Below, one piece after another: positions 1 through 10,002 of a DNA stretch of 12,109 nucleotides. The translations under genes and the position numbers were made by a program. Below the pieces are notes generated by a model, which had not been told where the DNA came from, ran no database searches, and worked only from the letters and a program-made list of their open reading frames with translations. The DNA is taken from positions 1 to 12,109 of the forward strand of contig JBNJFB010000062.1 in NCBI GenBank assembly GCA_051746405.1, written 5' to 3'. Numbering within the stretch: position 1 is the first letter of the stretch; each line of letters begins with the position of its first letter. Origin of the DNA: Campylobacterota bacterium (GTDB taxonomy: Bacteria; Campylobacterota; Campylobacteria; Campylobacterales; Arcobacteraceae).

Positions 1-1937
<1,937 letters not shown>

Positions 1938-1971
1938 TTAATCTTTTTTGAAAATTCTATTAATTTTTTTT

Positions 1972-1980
1972 ATTTTAACA
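1972..1980 (-). promoter_or_regulatory. Putative extended -10 promoter (TGtTAAAAT) for ligA
   Basis: The reverse complement of 1972-1980 reads TGTTAAAAT, matching the Campylobacterota sigma70 extended -10 TGnTAtAAT, 43 nt upstream of the ligA ATG. Confidence 0.55.
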
Positions 1981-1997
1981 AAAATAATATATATAGT

Positions 1998-2006
1998 TGC
2001 TATAAT
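1998..2006 (+). promoter_or_regulatory. Putative extended -10 promoter (TGcTATAAT) for modE
   Basis: Perfect TGnTATAAT at 1998-2006, followed by SD AAGGAG (2023-2028) and the ATG at 2033. Confidence 0.7.
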
Positions 2007-2032
2007 AACTCCACATAGATATAAGGAGCTGT

Positions 2033-2815
2033 ATGAATCTTACTTCAAATCTAACACTAGAGTTATCAAATCAGCCATTTTTACTAGAAAAAAGAATAGA
2101 GCTTTTAAAAGCTATTAAAAACCAAGGTTCAATTAGTAAAGCTGCAAAAAGTATTCCCATGAGCTATAAAGCAGCATGGGATGCAATAAGTGATATAAAC
2201 AATCTATCAAGTAGTCCAATTGTCTCTAAAGAAACAGGTGGAAAAGGTGGGGGTGGTACTTCTCTTACTCCATATGGTCAAAAACTTCTCAAAACTTATG
2301 AGGTTTTAAAGAGTGAACAAAAAAGATTTTTACAAAATTTAGAAAGTATCACGGACTTTGATACAGGTACTTTAAAAACAATAGAGAGGTTTGCCATGCA
2401 AATAAGTGCAAGAAATCAAATAAGTGGAGTTGTTAAAAAAATAGTAAAAAATGATATAAATGCAAATATAGTAATAAGTACAAAAAGCAAACAAGAGATT
2501 TTTGCAAATATCTCCTATGATGCTGTTAAATCACTTGATATAAAAGAGAATGATTCAGTAATTGGAATTTTTAAATCAAATAATGTACTTTTGGCAACAA
2601 GCGATGAAATAGCAATAAGTGCAAGAAATAAAATAAAAGGTAAAATTGTTTCAATAAAAAAAGATAATACAAATAGTGAAGTTACAATAGATATTAACAA
2701 CAGTGAAACAATCACTTCAATAATAACAACAGGTGCAGTTAAAAAACTAGGTTTAGAAATAAAAAAAGAGGTTTTTGCTTTTATAAAATCCAGTGATATT
2801 ATAATAGGTAAATAG
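2033..2815 (+). CDS. modE: ModE-family molybdate-responsive transcriptional regulator (winged HTH + two TOBE/Mop domains)
   Basis: N-terminal RIELLKAI..GSISKAAK...MSYKAAWDAI...GGKGGGGTSLT is the ModE wHTH signature. Two molybdate-binding Mop repeats follow (ISARNQISG, ISARNKIKG). Strong SD AAGGAG. Confidence 0.92.
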   Translation: MNLTSNLTLELSNQPFLLEKRIELLKAIKNQGSISKAAKSIPMSYKAAWDAISDINNLSSSPIVSKETGGKGGGGTSLTPYGQKLLKTYEVLKSEQKRFLQNLESITDFDTGTLKTIERFAMQISARNQISGVVKKIVKNDINANIVISTKSKQEIFANISYDAVKSLDIKENDSVIGIFKSNNVLLATSDEIAISARNKIKGKIVSIKKDNTNSEVTIDINNSETITSIITTGAVKKLGLEIKKEVFAFIKSSDIIIGK

Positions 2816-2932
2816 ATATATTAAGTAAATAATATTATTATATCTAAAGAAGATTAAAATTTATAATTTAGTAAAAGTTTATAATAAAAGGGGTACAATA
2901 AATCATAATTTTTTAGATTTCTGGAGAAACTT

Positions 2933-4426
2933 ATGAATGGGATTAACAGTTTTGATTTTTATGAAAAAATATTAGCTAATTTGCCAGTTGGAGTTTTTGT
3001 AATAAATAAAAAAAATAAAAATATTTTATACATAAATGAAAATGCAAAAAAGCTTTTAGACTTTGAGTTTAATAGTTTTGATGAAGTTGATATTGAAAAA
3101 ACTTTTATTTGTAACTCTAATATTAAGCAGACTGTTACCCTTGAAGATTTGATTAAACGAATTACAAGTACTGAATCCATAGAGTATAGAATTTATATGA
3201 ATAATAAAAATCTAACCCCTGTTGAAATAAGGCATGAACAGATGTCTATTGATAATAAGGAGCTAATTTTACTTAATGTTTCTAATATACAAAAAACTCA
3301 AAGAAAAATAAATCTTTTAAACTACTATGATAAAGCACTTGAGAAGTCTTCTAGTTTCTTAGCTTTAGTGGATAAAAACTATAAATATTTATGGGTAAAT
3401 GATTACTATGCAAAAGTATATAATAAAAAAAAGAGCTACTTCACAGGAAAGAGTTTAGCAGAAGTTTTAGGGGATAACTATTTTCAAAAAATTGCAAAAG
3501 AGAACTTCGATAAAGCTTTAAATGGTGAATCAATTGAGTTTGAAAGTAAATTAAAACTTTTTGATAAAACTATTTATATTCAGGTATTTTATGAACCTTA
3601 TTATACTATAACAAATGAAATTGAAGGTGTTGTGGTATTAGTTTATGATTTATCAAAGTTTAAAGAGTATGAAAAAGAGGATAAGAAAAAAGAGAAACTT
3701 TTAATTCAACAATCAAAAATGGCAGCAATGGGTGAAATGCTTCAAAATATAGCTCATCAGTGGAGACAACCTTTAAGTGTTATCTCCACATGTACAAGCG
3801 GTATAATGCTTCAAAAAGATTATAATGCCCTAACAGATGATATACTGTATGACTCTTTAAAGAATATAATGAATACAACAAACTACTTATCAAATACAAT
3901 AGATGACTTTAAAAACTTTTTTGAAAGGGATAACGTAGCAGTTGAGTTTAATGTAAAAGATTTAGTATTAAAGTCTTTAGATTTAGTTGATATGAGTTTT
4001 TCAAGTAAGGATATAAAGCTTGAAAAGAGTTTAGATGAAAATATTCAAATAGTAAACTACAAAAATGAGTTTATGCAAGTTATCTTAAATATCTTAAATA
4101 ATGCAAAGGATGCTTTACTTGTAAATAATGATGATATTAATCAATTAAGATTAATAAAAATTGATTTATATAAAACAGAAGATAAGGTGGTACTTGATGT
4201 TTTAGATAATGCAGGTGGTATTCCAAAAAGAATAAAAGAGAAGATTTTTGAGCCATATTTTACTACAAAACATAAAAGTCAAGGTACAGGAATAGGGCTA
4301 TTTATGACTCAAGAGATTATAGAAAAACATATGGATGGTAATATAAAAGCAACTAATAAAAGCTTTGAGTACGAAGATAATAATTATAAAGGTGCTCTTT
4401 TTACTATATCACTTAGTTTAAGTTAA
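2933..4426 (+). CDS. Cytoplasmic PAS-PAS sensor histidine kinase (HisKA + HATPase_c)
   Basis: Two PAS-like segments (ILANLPVGVFVIN...LYINENA; LALVDKNYKYLWVNDYY...GKSLAEVLG). H-box GEMLQNIAHQWRQPL, N-box QVILNILNNAKDA, G1 DNAGGI, F-box IFEPYFTTK, G2 GTGIGL. No obvious transmembrane helix. SD GGAG at 2923-2926. Confidence 0.93.
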   Translation: MNGINSFDFYEKILANLPVGVFVINKKNKNILYINENAKKLLDFEFNSFDEVDIEKTFICNSNIKQTVTLEDLIKRITSTESIEYRIYMNNKNLTPVEIRHEQMSIDNKELILLNVSNIQKTQRKINLLNYYDKALEKSSSFLALVDKNYKYLWVNDYYAKVYNKKKSYFTGKSLAEVLGDNYFQKIAKENFDKALNGESIEFESKLKLFDKTIYIQVFYEPYYTITNEIEGVVVLVYDLSKFKEYEKEDKKKEKLLIQQSKMAAMGEMLQNIAHQWRQPLSVISTCTSGIMLQKDYNALTDDILYDSLKNIMNTTNYLSNTIDDFKNFFERDNVAVEFNVKDLVLKSLDLVDMSFSSKDIKLEKSLDENIQIVNYKNEFMQVILNILNNAKDALLVNNDDINQLRLIKIDLYKTEDKVVLDVLDNAGGIPKRIKEKIFEPYFTTKHKSQGTGIGLFMTQEIIEKHMDGNIKATNKSFEYEDNNYKGALFTISLSLS

Positions 4427-4440
4427 AAAAATATTTGAAT

Positions 4441-4449
4441 TGCTATAAT
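4441..4449 (+). promoter_or_regulatory. Putative extended -10 promoter (TGcTATAAT) for the 114-aa ORF
   Basis: Perfect TGnTATAAT at 4441-4449, then SD GGAG (4467-4470) and ATG at 4479. Confidence 0.65.
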
Positions 4450-4478
4450 TAAATTTAGTAAAATTTGGAGATATTAAT

Positions 4479-4823
4479 ATGAGCTATTTAGATATATTTA
4501 TTTTAGGTTGGAATTTAAATGCTTTGATGTTTTTGGTAAACTTTACTTTAGCAATAAAAGTTCTCATAGGACAAGATAGAGAGAAGTTACACGAAGAGAG
4601 TATGGTTTTAAAAGAGTTGAAAGAACAGATGGATGAGTACTATCCTTATAGAACTCAAACTACCATATTAACATATGCTATACCATTTACAGCATTTTTA
4701 AGAATGTCATATAGATTAGTAGAGATGTTTCTGTTTTTTCAAAAAAATAGAGACTCTAAAATGTTTGATTATATGGTGTATAAATACTCAAATGAAATTC
4801 AAAAGGCAAAAGCAAAAGATTAA
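4479..4823 (+). CDS. Hypothetical small membrane protein (114 aa)
   Basis: Own promoter-like element and SD. Hydrophobic N-terminal segment (LDIFILGWNLNALMFLVNFTLAIKVLI) and a second moderately hydrophobic stretch (TTILTYAIPFTAFL). It fills the gap between the kinase and pepD, and its stop overlaps the pepD stop by 4 bp (TTAA 4820-4823). No recognised family. Confidence 0.8.
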   Translation: MSYLDIFILGWNLNALMFLVNFTLAIKVLIGQDREKLHEESMVLKELKEQMDEYYPYRTQTTILTYAIPFTAFLRMSYRLVEMFLFFQKNRDSKMFDYMVYKYSNEIQKAKAKD

Positions 4824-6112
4824 ATCTCTTTAGAGATCTCTTTTACTACTTCAAATACACTATTTACAGACTCAATTGAAACTTGCTCTTTTTTTGAGTG
4901 AGGATATTTGATAGTTGGTCCTATTGATGCAACCTTTATATGAGGGTATTTATCTTTGAAAATTGCACACTCAAGTCCTGCATGAATTGCTTTTAGGGAT
5001 GCATCGCTATTAAACTGTTTATAAATCTCTTGCACTTTTGTTGTAAAGTCATTAATATCAGGTTTCCAAGCTGGATATTTGCCATCAGTACTTACGCTAA
5101 AACCATGTTCATTTAATATATTAATAGTTTCATCTTTTATAGCTTTTAATTCATTATTTGCCATAGACCTAGCACTAAATTCGATTTTTAAACTATCAAT
5201 TGTAGTAGATACTATTGCAATATTTATTGAGTTTTGTACCACATCTAACTTTTCATCTCTTGATAACACTCCATGCTTAAAGCTATCTATAAAATCTATG
5301 ATTTTATCATCAAATATACTTAAGTGTTCACTTTGTGCATCTATCTTTTCTATTTTCATATTTTTGTGTGAAGTTTGAGGTTTCTCTTTACAAGCAATAA
5401 TAGCTTTTGCATTTGCTGCTATGGAGTTGATTCTCTCACCTCCATTAAAATCCAGTAGTTTTCCTTTGGCTTGCTTTACTGTTTTAGCAACTAGCTTTAT
5501 GGCATTTGGGATATCTTTATCTATATCAACACCACTATGACCACCTGGTAAGTTTGATAATGTAATTTCATATAAATCTAGATTTTCATCATTTGGAATT
5601 ATCTTTTTATTTGAGTTTATTGCAAAGATATCAACACCACCTGCACAGCCTATACAAATCTCACCTTCTTGTTCACTATCTAAATTTAGCATATATGATG
5701 CATTTAACTCTAAAGCTAAGTTGTTAGCACCTATAAGTCCTATCTCTTCATCAGAAGTAAATAAAAACTCACCATCATAGCCATCATACATGAGTTTTAT
5801 CATATATGAACAACCCATGCCATTATCACTTCCAAGGGTTGAGTCTTTTGCAGATACTATATCGCCATTTTGTACTATTTGAGGTATGCAATTATCACTT
5901 AAACATACTATGTCATAGTGTGATTGAAAAACAATTTTTGCTTTTGAATTATCTTTTTTACATAAAATGTTATTAAAATCATCAACTAAGCATATATATC
6001 CTAGCTTTAAAGCTAACTCTTTCATATACTTAATAAATGGTTCATGGGTTTTAGAACATCTTGGAACTTGTGTTATCTCTTTAAAAATATCTATTATATT
6101 TATACTATTCAA
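4820..6112 (-). CDS. pepD: M20-family aminoacyl-histidine dipeptidase (PepD-like)
   Basis: Metal-ligand motifs QSHYD, LGSDNG, TSDEEIG, NLDSE, GGHSG, HAGLEC and C-terminal YPHS match PepD/M20C peptidases. TTG start preceded by an AAGGA SD (6124..6120). Confidence 0.88.
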   Translation of the reverse strand: MNSINIIDIFKEITQVPRCSKTHEPFIKYMKELALKLGYICLVDDFNNILCKKDNSKAKIVFQSHYDIVCLSDNCIPQIVQNGDIVSAKDSTLGSDNGMGCSYMIKLMYDGYDGEFLFTSDEEIGLIGANNLALELNASYMLNLDSEQEGEICIGCAGGVDIFAINSNKKIIPNDENLDLYEITLSNLPGGHSGVDIDKDIPNAIKLVAKTVKQAKGKLLDFNGGERINSIAANAKAIIACKEKPQTSHKNMKIEKIDAQSEHLSIFDDKIIDFIDSFKHGVLSRDEKLDVVQNSINIAIVSTTIDSLKIEFSARSMANNELKAIKDETINILNEHGFSVSTDGKYPAWKPDINDFTTKVQEIYKQFNSDASLKAIHAGLECAIFKDKYPHIKVASIGPTIKYPHSKKEQVSIESVNSVFEVVKEISKEI

Positions 6113-6146
6113 AATTTAATCCTTTTTTTTATAACTCCTAAGAAAA

Positions 6147-8909
6147 TTAATTCTTAGAAGTTTGATTTTTTTGATTTGTTATGCCATCTTTTAAGTCTCT
6201 ATTTCTATAAGCTAATGCAATAGTTATAAATATAGCTGTTACCACATAATATACCCATGATGGGATAGGTACAGGGTCACCTGTTGCATATGAATGCATT
6301 CCAGATAGATAGAAGTTAACACCAAAGTAGGTCATTAAAATTGAACTAAATGCTAATAATGAACCAGTTGAAAATGCAAATGGATTGTTAAGTTTTTTAA
6401 CAAATCTCATATGAATTACAAATACATAAACTACAATTGAAACATAAGCCCAAGTCTCTTTAGGGTCCCAACCCCAGTATCTACCCCAAGACTCATTTGC
6501 CCAAACTCCGCCAAGGAAGTTTCCAATAGTGATAAATATAACACCAACAATTAAAGCAATTTCATTAATTGCAGTAATAGTTTTAATAGTCTCATCTAAA
6601 TGGGGTCTTTTCTTTCTAAAAATAAATAAAATAAGAGTCATATATCCTAAAATAGCTCCTAATCCAAAGAATCCATAAGAGGCTGTTAATATAGAAACAT
6701 GAATAGTAAGCCAATATGATTTAAGTACAGGTACTAAATTTGTAATTTGAGGATTAATACCTGTTAAATGTGCTGTGAACATAAATATACCTGCAACAAT
6801 AACAGCGGCACTTAAAGCAAGTAGTGATTTTCTAAAGAAGACAACTCCTGCAAAAACAGCTGACCATGAGATATACAGTAAGGACTCATAGGTGTCTGAC
6901 CATGGTGCATGTCCTGATACAACCCATCTAAATCCCATACCAAATGTATGAGCTGCAAATATAAGTGATAATATTACAAAGAAAACAAATGTTGTCTTTT
7001 TAGGTTTAATATTTGGATTAAACACAACAATAAATGCAACAACTAACATAACTAAACCAAGTAAAATATAAGCAAGAGTTAATTTAGGAAAAATATCTAG
7101 TTCATTAAATAAAATCTCATTTTCTATTTTTGATTCACTAGGAATAATTTCCGCACCAACTTTTTCTTGGTAAAGACTAATCATCGATAAAAATTTATTA
7201 GCTTCTTCCCATTTATTTTGAACAACTGAGTTAATAAAACCTCTAACCATAGTCTCAACAGCAGTTTGGGTTTGTCCTTGAAAAGTTTGCATTGCATCTA
7301 ATGGTGCATGCCATTTATTCTCTGGATGCTGAGGCTCTGGAAAAATATTAAATAAACTACCATTAAAAGTTGAAAATGTGATATTTAATCGCTCATCAAG
7401 TCTTACTATATCTTTTTGATAAGTTCCTCTATCTTGAGGTTTTGATATTGCTGCTCTTTCAGCCTCTTTTCTAAGTAGATATTTTCCATCTACAAAAACC
7501 TCAGAAAATGCAATATGCTTTCTGTTTTCATCAACTCCTAAAACATTTTTTAATTTTGGAGTTTTTACTTTAAGCATTCTAACATCTCTCCACATTTCAG
7601 GTCTTGTTAGCATACCTAAAACTATTTGATCTGCATTCATTCCAAATAGAGTTCTTTTACCACTAAGTTTTGCTAGGATTTCTCTATTTAGTGTTGATAA
7701 TGGTTTCATTCTACCACCTCTATCTTGCGTAACAAGCTTAGAGAATTTATCTGCAGTTACTGTTGACTCTTCTTTGAATTTATTTAAATACTCAACTGTT
7801 GACTCTGTTTTGTTATTTAACTTAATTTCCTCTTGCTCATTTGCAAAAGAGTCTGTAGCTGCAAAAGAGAGTAAACATGCAATTGCAATTGATACAGCAT
7901 TTCTTGAAGAGACATATTTTGTTAGTTTCCAAAATCTTGATTTTTTATCAAATAAGTTTAAAGTTAGTCCTAATGTAAGCAAAAAGTATCCTAAGTAAGT
8001 TGGCCATTTTCCTGGGTCATTGTTCACTGATAGTACAGTACCACTCTCATCTGGGAAATATGAACTTTGGAAAAATAAGAAGTTACCCTCATGTAGAGTT
8101 CTATTCATAAATATTCTATAATCATAAGATTTATCCTCTTTTATTACAGTTATTTCAGAAGCGTAAGAAGAGGGTGACATACTACCTGGATATCTATCAA
8201 GTTGAAAATCCCTTAACTTAATTGAGAATGGCAGTTTTAGAACTTTTGAACCATACGATAAAGTTACACTTGTATCCTTATCAAACTCTAAGTCCCTTTT
8301 TAAACCTTTTTGACCCCTTTGTCCTGGAAGCCTTATTTGTTTGGTTTGTCCATCAATAGTAACATCAAGACTTAAAAGCCCCATTTTAGCACTACCTTTT
8401 CTAGCTAACATATAATCAGCATACTTTACATTTAACTGCTTATCATCAAATTTAATTGTATGCTCAAAGTCATTAATTGATTTTAAAAATGAAGTAAACT
8501 CTTTTTGATACTCTTTGTAGTATGTTTTATCTCCATCTTTAATTGTGATTTGTAAATAAGGCTCCAGCGAATACATTCTATTTTCAGTAGTACCTTCTTT
8601 TATTTGCATAATTCCTTCGTAACCTACATATCTAGTTACACCTGCACCTATTAATATCACGACAAACGATGTATGAAAAATAAATTTAGCTTTACTTCTC
8701 CACATCTTATACTTAAAAATAATACCCATTAAGTTGATTGTTGTTAAAACAAGCATTATTTCATACCATAAATTATTATAAACTAAAACTCTTGCAGATG
8801 ATGTACCAAAATCATTCTCGATAATAGTAGCATAACCAGCACCAACAGCTAAAATAGCAAGTAGTATTAGAGTAGTCTTAAATGAAAATAAGACGTTTGT
8901 TACTTTCAA
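6147..8909 (-). CDS. ccsBA: System II cytochrome c synthase CcsBA (fused CcsB-CcsA), 920 aa
   Basis: WWD domain WANESWGRYWGWDPKETW. Four conserved heme-ligand histidines in FIFHTSF, WLTIHVS, VIHMRF and GMHSY. N-terminal ATIIENDFG and YPGSMSPSSY CcsB-type motifs, many TM helices. Start moved from the ORF-track 8924 to the TTG at 8909, which has SD AAAGGA (8921..8916) 6 nt upstream. Confidence 0.95.
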   Translation of the reverse strand: MKVTNVLFSFKTTLILLAILAVGAGYATIIENDFGTSSARVLVYNNLWYEIMLVLTTINLMGIIFKYKMWRSKAKFIFHTSFVVILIGAGVTRYVGYEGIMQIKEGTTENRMYSLEPYLQITIKDGDKTYYKEYQKEFTSFLKSINDFEHTIKFDDKQLNVKYADYMLARKGSAKMGLLSLDVTIDGQTKQIRLPGQRGQKGLKRDLEFDKDTSVTLSYGSKVLKLPFSIKLRDFQLDRYPGSMSPSSYASEITVIKEDKSYDYRIFMNRTLHEGNFLFFQSSYFPDESGTVLSVNNDPGKWPTYLGYFLLTLGLTLNLFDKKSRFWKLTKYVSSRNAVSIAIACLLSFAATDSFANEQEEIKLNNKTESTVEYLNKFKEESTVTADKFSKLVTQDRGGRMKPLSTLNREILAKLSGKRTLFGMNADQIVLGMLTRPEMWRDVRMLKVKTPKLKNVLGVDENRKHIAFSEVFVDGKYLLRKEAERAAISKPQDRGTYQKDIVRLDERLNITFSTFNGSLFNIFPEPQHPENKWHAPLDAMQTFQGQTQTAVETMVRGFINSVVQNKWEEANKFLSMISLYQEKVGAEIIPSESKIENEILFNELDIFPKLTLAYILLGLVMLVVAFIVVFNPNIKPKKTTFVFFVILSLIFAAHTFGMGFRWVVSGHAPWSDTYESLLYISWSAVFAGVVFFRKSLLALSAAVIVAGIFMFTAHLTGINPQITNLVPVLKSYWLTIHVSILTASYGFFGLGAILGYMTLILFIFRKKRPHLDETIKTITAINEIALIVGVIFITIGNFLGGVWANESWGRYWGWDPKETWAYVSIVVYVFVIHMRFVKKLNNPFAFSTGSLLAFSSILMTYFGVNFYLSGMHSYATGDPVPIPSWVYYVVTAIFITIALAYRNRDLKDGITNQKNQTSKN

Positions 8910-8942
8910 AAAAAATCCTTTCAATATAAATTGTAAAATCTT

Positions 8943-8948
8943 ATTATA
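8943..8948 (-). promoter_or_regulatory. Putative -10 element (TATAAT) for ccsBA(-pepD)
   Basis: The minus strand reads TATAAT at 8948..8943, about 20 nt upstream of the SD. The AT-rich context makes a chance match possible. Confidence 0.45.
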
Positions 8949-9074
8949 TAGATATTAACTGTATCTTAATGAAATATGAAGAAAAATTCATATCTATTTT
9001 AATGCGTAGTATACCAAAAAGAATATTGTTTTTTTATGATTTATTTGTTTAAGTATATTTTTTACTTAATAGTT

Positions 9075-9080
9075 TATAAT
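9075..9080 (+). promoter_or_regulatory. Putative -10 element (TATAAT) for cmoB, positioned for a leaderless transcript
   Basis: TATAAT at 9075-9080, 7-nt spacer GTCACTT, then ATG at 9088. Confidence 0.5.
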
Positions 9081-9087
9081 GTCACTT

Positions 9088-10002
9088 ATGAATATAGAAG
9101 AACTAAAAAAGAAAAAAGACATTTGTAGGCAATGGAAAAACGTAAAGCCTTGGTATGAGCAGTTAAATCAAGCAAGAGAGATTAAAACAAATAAACTCTA
9201 CTTAGATTATGGTGATTGGTTTACTGTTGGAAAAAGAGAGGATATAACTCAAGAAGAGTATGACCTAATAGAAGAAACTGCAAAAAAACTAATACCTTGG
9301 AGAAAAGGGCCTTTTGATATATTTGGTTTAGAAATAGATAGTGAGTGGCAAAGTAACATAAAATATAATTTGATAAGACCATTTTTTAACTTAAAAGATA
9401 AAATTGTTGCAGATGTGGGATGTAATAATGGATATTATATGTTTAGAATGTTAGAGGATAAACCAAAAAAATTAATAGGGTTTGATCCAAGTGCATTAAC
9501 ACTACATCAATTTGAGTTTATAAATCATTTTGTAAAATCAGATATAGTTTATGAAATGCTAGGAGTAGAGCATATAGAGTTTTATGACCATAAGTTTGAT
9601 TTTATTTTTATGTTGGGTGTTTTATACCATAGACCTGACCCAGTAGGGTGTTTGAAATCACTTGCAAAAAGCTTAAATTCAAAAGGTGAAGTGATTATTG
9701 ATACTTTTATGATTGATGGTGATGATGAAATTTGTTTAACACCAAATAAAAGATACTCAAAAATACCAAATATCTATTTTATTCCAACAATAAATGCATT
9801 AAAAAATTGGCTTACAAGAGCAGGATTTGAAAATATGGAAGTATTAGCTACGACTGTAACTACAAATGAAGAACAAAGAAAAACAAGATGGACTTTTGAC
9901 CAAAGTTTGGAGGATTTTTTAGACCCCAATGATAGCTCAAAGACTATTGAGGGTTATCCAGCTCCAAAAAGAGTCTATGTAAAAGCTAATAAGATACAAT
10001 GA
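9088..10002 (+). CDS. cmoB: tRNA U34 carboxymethyltransferase (cmo5U synthase) CmoB
   Basis: CmoB signatures PWRKGPF, IDSEWQS, DVGCNNGYY (SAM-type motif I), GVLYHR and TIEGYPAPKR. The start could be 9079 (ORF track) or 9088 (preferred, see findings). Confidence 0.95.
   Translation: MNIEELKKKKDICRQWKNVKPWYEQLNQAREIKTNKLYLDYGDWFTVGKREDITQEEYDLIEETAKKLIPWRKGPFDIFGLEIDSEWQSNIKYNLIRPFFNLKDKIVADVGCNNGYYMFRMLEDKPKKLIGFDPSALTLHQFEFINHFVKSDIVYEMLGVEHIEFYDHKFDFIFMLGVLYHRPDPVGCLKSLAKSLNSKGEVIIDTFMIDGDDEICLTPNKRYSKIPNIYFIPTINALKNWLTRAGFENMEVLATTVTTNEEQRKTRWTFDQSLEDFLDPNDSSKTIEGYPAPKRVYVKANKIQ

Noticed and set aside
2258..2277. G-rich tract in modE and several A/T homopolymers as phase-variation sites
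   Set aside because: The G-rich tract encodes the conserved GGKGGGG wing and its longest G run is only 5. A/T runs of about 8 are expected in such AT-rich DNA, and no frameshift is evident.
2401..2629. 16-bp direct repeat AATAAGTGCAAGAAAT (2401-2416 and 2614-2629)
   Set aside because: Encodes the ISARN motif of the two TOBE/Mop domains of ModE. It is not a CRISPR repeat or a mobile-element end.
2515..3180. Minus-strand ORFs 2515..2715 and 2959..3180
   Set aside because: Antisense to modE and the histidine kinase. Their hydrophobicity is an artefact of A-rich sense codons.
6138..6157. Hairpin CTAAGAA-N6-TTCTTAG over the ccsBA stop codon
   Set aside because: Weak AT-rich stem not followed by a U-tract on the coding (minus) strand, so it is not supportable as a terminator. 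ccsBA-pepD read-through is more likely.
5079..7998. Plus-strand ORFs 5079..5378 and 7774..7998
   Set aside because: Antisense shadows inside pepD and ccsBA, with no independent support.
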